In this document: piece by piece, positions 1 to 5,925 of the stretch
How the letters are laid out: each line of letters begins with the position of its first letter
Numbering within the stretch: the first letter of the stretch is position 1
IMG/VR virus record: IMGVR_UViG_3300012983_000022
Source: a virus
Reading direction: 5' to 3' (one strand)
DNA length: 31,024 nt
Notes under the pieces: generated by a model
What the model saw: the letters and a program-made list of their open reading frames with translations, nothing else
The model's database searches: none
Told to the model about the DNA's origin: nothing
Position numbers and translations under genes: made by a program

Positions 1-120
1 AGATTTGTAAGCAGCAAGTTAGGTAGTTATAGAAAAATTAACGGTAAAACCATTAAACCAAGAAACAAGGAGAACATAGACGGAAATTATTTAACAGTAA
101 ATTTAAAAAGAAACGGTATA
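1..120. repeat. Terminal direct repeat, identical to 30905-31024. Best explained as circular-closure overlap of a genome of about 30,904 bp.
   Basis: Both window ends read agatttgtaagcagcaagttaggtag...aaaagaaacggtata. The HNH ORF reads through the junction in frame. Confidence 0.9.
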
Positions 121-450
121 GGGAAAACGAAATTTGTGCATAGATTGGTAGCAGAAGCATTCATACCAAACCCAAACAATTTTCAGCAAGTCAATCATAA
201 AGACGAAAACAAATTAAACAATGAAGTACCAAATCTTGAATGGTGCGATGCCAAATATAATTCAAATTATGGAGAAAGAAATAAAAAAATACTTGAACAA
301 AGAATAAAAATAGGTTATGTAAACACAGAAAATGTTGGTCTTTCAAAAGAAGAATACCGTAAAAAATATAGTAACGAATATAGAAAAAAGAACATTGAAA
401 AACTTAGGAAATATGACAGAGAATACAAAAAACGAAAAAGGTCGAATTAA
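1..450 (+). CDS. HNH/NUMOD4 homing endonuclease, remainder of the wrap-around gene. It appears 5'-partial only because the circle was linearised here.
   Basis: Frame 1 is open from base 1 to the stop at 448-450. It contains AEAFIPNPNNFQQVNHKDENKLNNEVPNLEWCDAKYNSNYG, an HNH_3-type motif. The 136 GTG start in the ORF track is an artefact of the window edge. Confidence 0.85.
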   Translation, partial: RFVSSKLGSYRKINGKTIKPRNKENIDGNYLTVNLKRNGIGKTKFVHRLVAEAFIPNPNNFQQVNHKDENKLNNEVPNLEWCDAKYNSNYGERNKKILEQRIKIGYVNTENVGLSKEEYRKKYSNEYRKKNIEKLRKYDREYKKRKRSN

Positions 451-652
451 AATTAGAATACATAGGCCAATATGGGGAACTCCCATCACATTTTTGGATA
501 AGTATTGCCCTACTCAATTTGAAATAGTGGGTATGGCAGAAGATAATGGACACGGATTTAGCGGTGCTGCAAATTGGGATGGATTAAATGCACATTGTGT
601 AATTAATGGCAAAAATATGTTTAAGAGAATTTTTATCAAGAAAGTTTCCTAA
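413..652 (+). CDS. EcoRI-methylase-like N6-adenine MTase, C-terminal fragment, copy 2 (C2).
   Basis: Encodes MTENTKNEKGRIKIRIHRPIWGTPITFLDKYCPTQFEIVG...GKNMFKRIFIKKVS, matching the family's C-terminal GVPITFLDKY..QFEI..G...RI.IKK pattern. ATG at 413 follows AGGAA. The upstream part of track ORF 332-652 overlaps the HNH gene. Confidence 0.7.
   Translation: MTENTKNEKGRIKIRIHRPIWGTPITFLDKYCPTQFEIVGMAEDNGHGFSGAANWDGLNAHCVINGKNMFKRIFIKKVS
449..526 (+). repeat. 78-bp near-identical direct repeat (76/78, with a 63-bp perfect core at 464-526). Its partner is 30178-30255.
   Basis: Aligned by eye: aaaattaga[a/g]taca[t/c]aggccaatatggggaactcccatcacatttttggataagtattgccctactcaatttgaaata. Confidence 0.9.
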
Positions 653-1115
653 TTAATATCCTTGCGTATGGAACAATAGGATGGTCGTTTTCATCAACCA
701 TATACAAGTCTCCATCTACTTGACCTCTTTTTTGCACCTCTTTTCTATATTGCTTGTGATGAGGCTTATAAGGTCTTACACCGATTTCCAAGCCCAAATT
801 GGCAATCCCTAAGCCCACTATCATAAATTGTTTACCGCTTAAAAAAATAGGATTTTTTTCCAAACATTCAACATAAAAGTCACTTTTCGGAGTGGCTTTT
901 TTTGTATAAGCACAATGAATCAATCCATCTTCCCAGAGATAACTCAATATAGTTATTGGCACTCCAATCACACCGTCATAGTCTATTGGTATGTCAACGG
1001 CTCTGTCAACATTTATTGCATCATAGTTGTCATAGTGGTCGTAATGGTGGTCTTTAATTGAATATCCTTTCAATACCAAATGCATTCTTTCTTTTGGCTC
1101 ATAGTCTGCTATCAT
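636..1115 (-). CDS. 5'-truncated EcoRI-methylase-like MTase fragment (end of the middle module plus the C-terminal module, unsplit). Possibly a relic.
   Basis: Contains YDNYDAINVDRAVDIPIDYDGVIGVPITILSY...PYARILIRKLS. It lacks the NPPF catalytic part and the FLIIGN segment. No clear promoter lies upstream. Confidence 0.6.
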   Translation of the reverse strand: MIADYEPKERMHLVLKGYSIKDHHYDHYDNYDAINVDRAVDIPIDYDGVIGVPITILSYLWEDGLIHCAYTKKATPKSDFYVECLEKNPIFLSGKQFMIVGLGIANLGLEIGVRPYKPHHKQYRKEVQKRGQVDGDLYMVDENDHPIVPYARILIRKLS

Positions 1116-1181
1116 ATTTAATTTATTTTTTAAATAAATATATTGTACATTAAAAAAAAATGTAATTTTTTTCTTTTTTTA

Positions 1182-1210
1182 TTGATTTTTTTGAATTATA
1201 ATACTATTTA
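1182..1210 (+). promoter_or_regulatory. Class-1 phage promoter: TTGATT, 17 nt, TATTTA, within the consensus tttttATTGAyTTTTT..gaTACTATTTATATA.
   Basis: Near-identical copies lie at 1591, 27968 and 29333 on the plus strand and at 27774-27801 on the minus strand. Confidence 0.65.
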
Positions 1211-1229
1211 TATATAAAGAATTAAAATT

Positions 1230-1514
1230 ATGATTTGGAACAAAAGTGATATTAAGCCTGAGACTAATCATTCAATTATATTTTTGACTGAAAACAATAA
1301 ATTTTGTACATTAAGTGAAGGCAATAAAAATTTGACAACAGACTGGAAATGGTTGGTTGAAAAATATGCAATTAAAATTTGGGGTTATCAACAAGATTTG
1401 ATTAACGACATAAATTTTCAAATTAGAAATTACCAATCAAGTGCATATGAAAAATTTGAAGATTTAGAATTTACTCATAACGAACAAGATAATATAGATG
1501 CACTTGACGATTAA
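1230..1514 (+). CDS. Hypothetical early protein (94 aa).
   Basis: ORF directly behind a class-1 promoter and the aattaaaattATG start context. Confidence 0.6.
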   Translation: MIWNKSDIKPETNHSIIFLTENNKFCTLSEGNKNLTTDWKWLVEKYAIKIWGYQQDLINDINFQIRNYQSSAYEKFEDLEFTHNEQDNIDALDD

Positions 1515-1560
1515 AATTCTCTTATTTTTTAATTTTTAGTTTTTATTTAGTTATTTTTTA

Positions 1561-1589
1561 GGGCTGTCGTAAAAGATGGCCCTTTTTTT
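1561..1589 (+). terminator. Rho-independent terminator.
   Basis: gggctgtc / gatggccc form an 8-bp stem (two G-U pairs) with loop gtaaaa, followed by T7. Confidence 0.65.
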
Positions 1590-1590
1590 A

Positions 1591-1619
1591 TTGACTTTTT
1601 TGAATATTGATACTATTTA
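1591..1619 (+). promoter_or_regulatory. Class-1 phage promoter: TTGACT, 17 nt, TATTTA.
   Basis: ttattgacttttttgaatattgatactatttatatata matches the repeated consensus. Confidence 0.65.
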
Positions 1620-1697
1620 TATATAGAAATGCCGAATGAAACTTTAATAGTTCAAGCACGGCTTAATAAAGAATAACTTATAAAAATTACAATTAAA

Positions 1698-2174
1698 ATG
1701 ATTACAGAAGAACAAAGAAAGCGTTACAGAGAAAACCAAAAGAATTTTAGATTGAGATTAAAGACCGAACAAGGACAAAGGGAATATCAGGCAAAGAAAT
1801 TTGCTAATAGAATGAAAAATGAATATAAGGGCTTTAAATTTGCTTGTGATGGCATTACAACTTCAATTGAAGTAAATCTACCATTCAGGTGTATGACATT
1901 CATAGAAAGACAAAAAAGGGTCGATATGAAGAAATATAATGAGATACAAACAAACCTTAAAAAAATGGTTGGTTCTGTTTATCAAAAAAGCCACATAGTT
2001 GTTGTTGAACCAGAATATGCACAAATTGTTTTATTGGGCAATGATGAAAATGAAGTTAGAAATGTTATGAATCAGTTTCTTCAATGGGGAATTGAAAAGA
2101 CAAATGAATTTGGTGTATATACCAAGAACTGTAAAAAGTTAAATAATTGGTTTGATAGTAAACTTTTAAAGTAG
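1698..2174 (+). CDS. Hypothetical early protein (158 aa).
   Basis: ORF downstream of a class-1 promoter. No motif recognised. Confidence 0.6.
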   Translation: MITEEQRKRYRENQKNFRLRLKTEQGQREYQAKKFANRMKNEYKGFKFACDGITTSIEVNLPFRCMTFIERQKRVDMKKYNEIQTNLKKMVGSVYQKSHIVVVEPEYAQIVLLGNDENEVRNVMNQFLQWGIEKTNEFGVYTKNCKKLNNWFDSKLLK

Positions 2175-2330
2175 TATTTTTTCCATTTCAGTTTAAAATT
2201 TTCCGTTTAACTTGAATTTTTTACAATTTTTCAAAGTTTTTTAAAACTTTTTGCTTGTTTATAACTATTTATTTATGTATATTATAAGAAAAGAAACTAA
2301 TAAAAATAACTAATAAAAAATAAGAAAAAA

Positions 2331-3113
2331 ATGAAAAACATTGAATTTAGACTTTTAAGAGAAGAAGAAATTGAAGTAAGACCACAAAGCATCAAAAACG
2401 GAAAAGCAAATATGTTGCTTTATATGAATTCAAGAGTAGTTACAGAGTTGCTTGATGAAACAGTTGGTTCTATGAATTGGACATCAGAATTTTACGAAGT
2501 AAACAACAAACTTGTATGTAAAATTGGAATTTGGGATGAAGACAAAAATATGTTCATTTACAAATCAGACACTGGAAGTGAATCAAACATTGAAGCAGAA
2601 AAGGGCCAATTTTCAGATTGCTACAAAAGATGTTTAAGCAGATGGGGTGTTACGGAGTTATATTCAGCACCAAACATTACAATTGAAGATGATGGTTATG
2701 GCTGCAAAGGATATTATGTTAGACTTATAAGATATGATGAATATACAAGAAGAATAATAGAACTTCACATTTGCAACAGATTTGATAAGGAAGTGTTCAG
2801 TTGGAAAATAGATAATGGTTATAATGACATTTCACAAAACACGGAAAATAAAAACAATTATGATAGTTTAGTTGAATTTTGTAAGAAAGCAAAATCAGAA
2901 GGTGCTGACCAGGAAACATTGAAAAAATTTTACAAATACTATGAAGAAAAATCAAAGACTTGGAATGGAAAATTCAATGCAAAATCATTATATGATAAGT
3001 GGGTTGAAAGGTCTAAACAATCAAGACCAATAGCACCAAATTCAAATGATATGAACATTCAAGAATATGAAGAAAAAACTTATGGTGCTGATAGTGAAGG
3101 ATTTTACTTCTAA
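2331..3113 (+). CDS. Rad52/Sak-like single-strand annealing protein.
   Basis: IEVRPQSIKNGKANMLLYMNSRVVTELLDETVGSMNW...EAEKGQFSDCYKRCLSRWGVTELY matches the Rad52_Rad22 pattern (R.q..g....aY.d.r.v...Ld...G...W ... KgaaSDA.KR....fG.g.eLY). Confidence 0.7.
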   Translation: MKNIEFRLLREEEIEVRPQSIKNGKANMLLYMNSRVVTELLDETVGSMNWTSEFYEVNNKLVCKIGIWDEDKNMFIYKSDTGSESNIEAEKGQFSDCYKRCLSRWGVTELYSAPNITIEDDGYGCKGYYVRLIRYDEYTRRIIELHICNRFDKEVFSWKIDNGYNDISQNTENKNNYDSLVEFCKKAKSEGADQETLKKFYKYYEEKSKTWNGKFNAKSLYDKWVERSKQSRPIAPNSNDMNIQEYEEKTYGADSEGFYF

Positions 3114-3126
3114 TATATAAAAAAGT

Positions 3127-3158
3127 GCTTGGTGGTAGAAATATCACCAAGCCATTTT
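3127..3158 (+). terminator. Rho-independent terminator.
   Basis: gcttggtg (3127-3134) pairs with caccaagc (3145-3152), followed by a short T-run. Confidence 0.55.
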
Positions 3159-3188
3159 AAAAATAACTAAATTAAAACTAAAATAGCA

Positions 3189-3644
3189 ATGAAAAAATAT
3201 TTATTAATTATAATATTATCAATAATATCAAATTTTTCTTTTAGTCAAATAATTACACAAAATTATAAAATACAAGCAAAACAAGAAAATGTTATAATAC
3301 GCCAATATGATGTAGTTGAAGGACTTGGAAATACAACAAAAGAAATTCTTGCAAGTATTGCAAAGATAGATTATGAAACCTATTATGAATTGGTAAATTG
3401 TATAGAATATTGCAGAGACAATTTTTCAGAAATTGAAAATATGAATAATGAAAATGAAATAATAACACATAGCAAAAAAATATGGGCTTTTCATAAAAAA
3501 ATAAACGATAAAACAAAAATTCAAATTGTATTATATGATTCAGATTATTATGAAAGCATCTTAAATACACATCACATAATTATGATTTTTGATTTATATT
3601 ATGCTGAAGATTTTGATACAATTTTAAATTCAATAAAATTATAA
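3189..3644 (+). CDS. Secreted hypothetical protein with an N-terminal signal peptide.
   Basis: MKKYLLIIILSIISNFSFSQ is a hydrophobic leader with an SFSQ-type end. Confidence 0.6.
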   Translation: MKKYLLIIILSIISNFSFSQIITQNYKIQAKQENVIIRQYDVVEGLGNTTKEILASIAKIDYETYYELVNCIEYCRDNFSEIENMNNENEIITHSKKIWAFHKKINDKTKIQIVLYDSDYYESILNTHHIIMIFDLYYAEDFDTILNSIKL

Positions 3645-3656
3645 AAATAGATAATT

Positions 3657-4799
3657 ATGAAGAGAATATTATATATACCAAGCACAATGAATGGAGGAGT
3701 TTATTATTATAGGGTTTATACTCCAATGAAATCACTTGTTGAAATGTACCCAAATGAATTTGATATTACAATCAATAATACATATAAATTCACCGACCAA
3801 GAAAAAGATGAAATAGGAAAAAACTTTGATATTGTTATTGTTCACCAAGCATTATATAATCCTGAAATACAGGACGCATTTTGGAACACTATTATATATT
3901 GTAAGAAAACATATGGAACAAGATTTGTACTTGACATTGACGACTATTGGGATTATGGAAAAACTCACCCATATAATAATGTTTGTCAATTTTTTGCATA
4001 TCCTTTAAAGATGATGATGAATTTTAAATTATTTGATTATGTTACAACTACTACAGAATATTTCAAGTCTGTAATTTCAGAATATTTTCCTGAAGAAAGA
4101 ATAGTTGTTTTTGAAAATGCAATTTCATTGGAAGACACACAATTTGTTAAAGAAAAAAACAAATCTGATAAATTAAGATTTGGAATCACTGGCGGCTCTT
4201 CTCATACTGAAGATATTAAACAGTTGCTTGAAATACCAAAATATCTCACAGACAAACAATTAAATCAAATAGAATTGGTATTTTGTGGATATAATGCTGA
4301 AGATGCTGAAGTATGTGAAATTGATGACAATGGAAATATATCCAAAAAAGAAAAAATGGACATCAAAAATAATTGGTGGTACACTACAGAAAACCAATTT
4401 AAAAGTTCATTTAAAAACTATAAAAGAATAGAAACAAGGTCAATTGATAATAAAGAATATGGCAGCATTTATAGAAATATTGATATTTTGATGGTTCCAT
4501 TATTAAACAATAAATTCAATAGATGTAAATCGGAATTAAAATTTATAGAAGCTGGTTTCACAAATACAGCCGTTATATCTTCAAATGTAATACCATACAA
4601 TAATTTTGGTGAAAATGAATATGATTGCTTATTTGTAAAAGAAAACACGCCTGAATCTTGGGCCAAAACAATAAAGAAAATTTTAAGAGATAAGGACTAT
4701 GTAAAAATTATGGCTGAAAGATTAAATTCAAAAGTTACTGAAACACGAAACCTTGAAGACATAACAAATAAAAGAGCAGAATTTTTCAAAAATATTTAA
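3657..4799 (+). CDS. Putative GT-B fold glycosyltransferase.
   Basis: The two-domain layout and C-terminal half (DILMVPLL..NRCKSELKFIEAGFTNTAVISSNV..Y) resemble the GT1/GT4 nucleotide-sugar binding half. By-eye call only. Confidence 0.45.
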   Translation: MKRILYIPSTMNGGVYYYRVYTPMKSLVEMYPNEFDITINNTYKFTDQEKDEIGKNFDIVIVHQALYNPEIQDAFWNTIIYCKKTYGTRFVLDIDDYWDYGKTHPYNNVCQFFAYPLKMMMNFKLFDYVTTTTEYFKSVISEYFPEERIVVFENAISLEDTQFVKEKNKSDKLRFGITGGSSHTEDIKQLLEIPKYLTDKQLNQIELVFCGYNAEDAEVCEIDDNGNISKKEKMDIKNNWWYTTENQFKSSFKNYKRIETRSIDNKEYGSIYRNIDILMVPLLNNKFNRCKSELKFIEAGFTNTAVISSNVIPYNNFGENEYDCLFVKENTPESWAKTIKKILRDKDYVKIMAERLNSKVTETRNLEDITNKRAEFFKNI

Positions 4800-4808
4800 T
4801 TTTTTTAA

Positions 4809-4837
4809 TTGATAATTTTAATTAAAATTTGTATATT
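4809..4837 (+). promoter_or_regulatory. Class-2 promoter: TTGATA, 17 nt, TATATT.
   Basis: Shares the 14-mer aaaatttgtatatt with the 27828-27856 promoter. Confidence 0.55.
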
Positions 4838-4843
4838 ATAATA

Positions 4844-4969
4844 GAAACGCAGTAAGTTTCGGCCCACCATAGTCGGCTGTGTTTTATCATTAGGTTTTAA
4901 AATACCAACAAAAATTCTCTATCGTTATTAAACGAAAAAAGCGCCTCTATTCCCAAGGTGCTTTTTTTT
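4844..4969 (+). ncRNA. Candidate small RNA unit of about 125 nt (sRNA-2) with its own promoter and terminator.
   Basis: No ATG-initiated ORF. 5' hairpin gaaac-gcagtaa-gtttc (4844-4860). Terminator at 4940-4969. Confidence 0.4.
4935..4969. terminator. Bidirectional rho-independent terminator between sRNA-2 (+) and tRNA-Pro (-).
   Basis: agcgcc (4940-4945) pairs with ggtgct (4957-4962). An A-run precedes the stem and a T8 run overlaps and follows its 3' arm. Confidence 0.65.
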
Positions 4970-4973
4970 ATTG

Positions 4974-5046
4974 TCTAAATAAAAGGATTTGAACCTTTAT
5001 CTCAGGTTCCCAAAACCAGTATTCTACCTGATTGAACTATATTTAG
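4974..5046 (-). tRNA. tRNA-Pro (anticodon UGG), 73 nt, no encoded CCA.
   Basis: Hand-folded cloverleaf: acceptor ctaaata/tatttag, D arm gttc-aatcaggta-gaat, anticodon arm ctggt-tttggga-acctg (U33, G37, one U-U mismatch), T arm aaagg-ttcaaat-ccttt. Confidence 0.8.
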
Positions 5047-5047
5047 A

Positions 5048-5488
5048 TTATGAACCCATTTTAACTATACTGAATATTTTTTTTCTATTATGTACACTAT
5101 CAAAACTAATATGAATCCACTTTGATTGACCTTTTTTCTCAATTATACATTGGTCAAACTCTTTGTCTTTTATCCATTCTTCAACAAACTTAACAAATTC
5201 ATCAAAACTTTTACCAACTGGAACAATATCTGCTGCTTTACCACTCATATGTTGACTATTTTTAACACCGCCAACCATTTTATTAAGTAAATAACTTCTA
5301 TATCCGCTTGTAATTTTAATTGGTGAACCAAACGCTTCTCTTAATGGGTCCAAAACATTAACAACTAATTTATCCAAATTATAAATAACATATTCATTTG
5401 GTGTATTATCAATATTGAATTTTTCTGCTGTTTGTGATTTAATAAATTCATCAAGTTTAAAATAATTCCATTTCATATTAATTTTCAT
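5048..5488 (-). CDS. Endolysin, peptidase M15 family (Peptidase_M15_3-like).
   Basis: FKLDEF...PIKITSGYRSYLLNKMVGGVKNSQHMSGKAADI...WIHISFD carries the zinc-ligand pattern SxHxxGxAxD...H. Confidence 0.85.
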   Translation of the reverse strand: MKINMKWNYFKLDEFIKSQTAEKFNIDNTPNEYVIYNLDKLVVNVLDPLREAFGSPIKITSGYRSYLLNKMVGGVKNSQHMSGKAADIVPVGKSFDEFVKFVEEWIKDKEFDQCIIEKKGQSKWIHISFDSVHNRKKIFSIVKMGS

Positions 5489-5792
5489 TTAATAATTCTT
5501 TTTCATAATCATCATCTAAACCGTTACCATCATCATCTTTTCCAATATTAATTGAACTGTGTCCAAAATTGAATTTGGCAACCCTTCCATCTTCAACTGC
5601 TTTTGCACCAAATGCTAAAGTGGGCCATAAAAACAATAATCCAACGGCTTTAAATATTGAACCATCTATAATGAACATTGGTGGAGTTAATGCGCCGCCT
5701 AAAAACAATCCGATAGAAATTAACAGCGTTATCCAAAATGCTATAAGATAATGCTTATTCAACACTTTTTGACATTTAATATCTTTTGCCAT
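5478..5792 (-). CDS. Holin-like membrane protein with 2 TMDs and an acidic C-terminal tail.
   Basis: TMDs YLIAFWITLLISIGLFLGGAL and IFKAVGLLFLWPTLAFGA. Overlaps the endolysin start by 11 nt. Confidence 0.6.
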   Translation of the reverse strand: MAKDIKCQKVLNKHYLIAFWITLLISIGLFLGGALTPPMFIIDGSIFKAVGLLFLWPTLAFGAKAVEDGRVAKFNFGHSSINIGKDDDGNGLDDDYEKELLNEN

Positions 5793-5820
5793 TTTTAATT
5801 TTAATTTTTGGTTTTATTTG

Positions 5821-5893
5821 TTGCGGGTGTAAGATTCGGACTTACGATTTCAAGTTTATGAGACTTGCGTGTTAACCACTGCACTAACCCGCA
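5821..5893 (-). tRNA. tRNA with CAU anticodon (elongator Met or lysidine-dependent Ile2), 73 nt.
   Basis: Acceptor tgcgggt/acccgca, anticodon arm caagt-ctcataa-acttg, T arm gtaag-tccgaat-cttac. The T-loop has C at position 55. Confidence 0.8.
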
Positions 5894-5899
5894 TTGAAA

Positions 5900-5919
5900 G
5901 CAGGGTTTTTAGGCCCTGC
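5900..5919 (-). other. GC-rich stem-loop between the fiber gene stop and the tRNA. Possibly a weak terminator or processing hairpin.
   Basis: gcaggg (5900-5905) pairs with ccctgc (5914-5919). Only a 3-nt U-run follows on the minus strand. Confidence 0.45.
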
Positions 5920-5925
5920 TTAAAT

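Noticed and set aside
1-120. The 120-bp terminal repeat as a genuine physical direct terminal repeat (T7-like ends)
   Set aside because: The repeat lies inside a coding sequence that reads through the junction in frame, and there is no intergenic or terminus-like sequence there. An assembly closure overlap is the more economical explanation.
332-412. The N-terminal extension of track ORF 332-652
   Set aside because: This part lies wholly inside the HNH gene in another frame and has no similarity to the MTase family. The Met at 413 sits behind AGGAA, just before the conserved IRIHRPIWG block.
636-1115. Invertible shufflon or phase-variable switching of MTase specificity modules, suggested by the inverted third copy
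   Set aside because: No invertase or recombinase gene was recognised in the genome, and there are no long inverted repeats. Only a 17-nt imperfect palindrome lies at the tail-to-tail overlap, and the long identical tract (449-526 / 30178-30255) is a direct repeat. Switching by site-specific inversion is unsupported.
1146-1178. The hairpin tacatt-aaaaaaa-aatgta plus T-run as a functional plus-strand terminator
   Set aside because: It is an A/T-only 6-bp stem. There is no plus-strand gene immediately upstream, because the region is antisense to the truncated MTase fragment. It may be incidental, so it is not listed as a feature.
4845-4935. A third tRNA or tRNA-like element in the sRNA-2 region next to tRNA-Pro
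   Set aside because: I could not fold a cloverleaf on either strand. There is no acceptor/T-arm pairing and no GTTCxAxxC-type T-loop.
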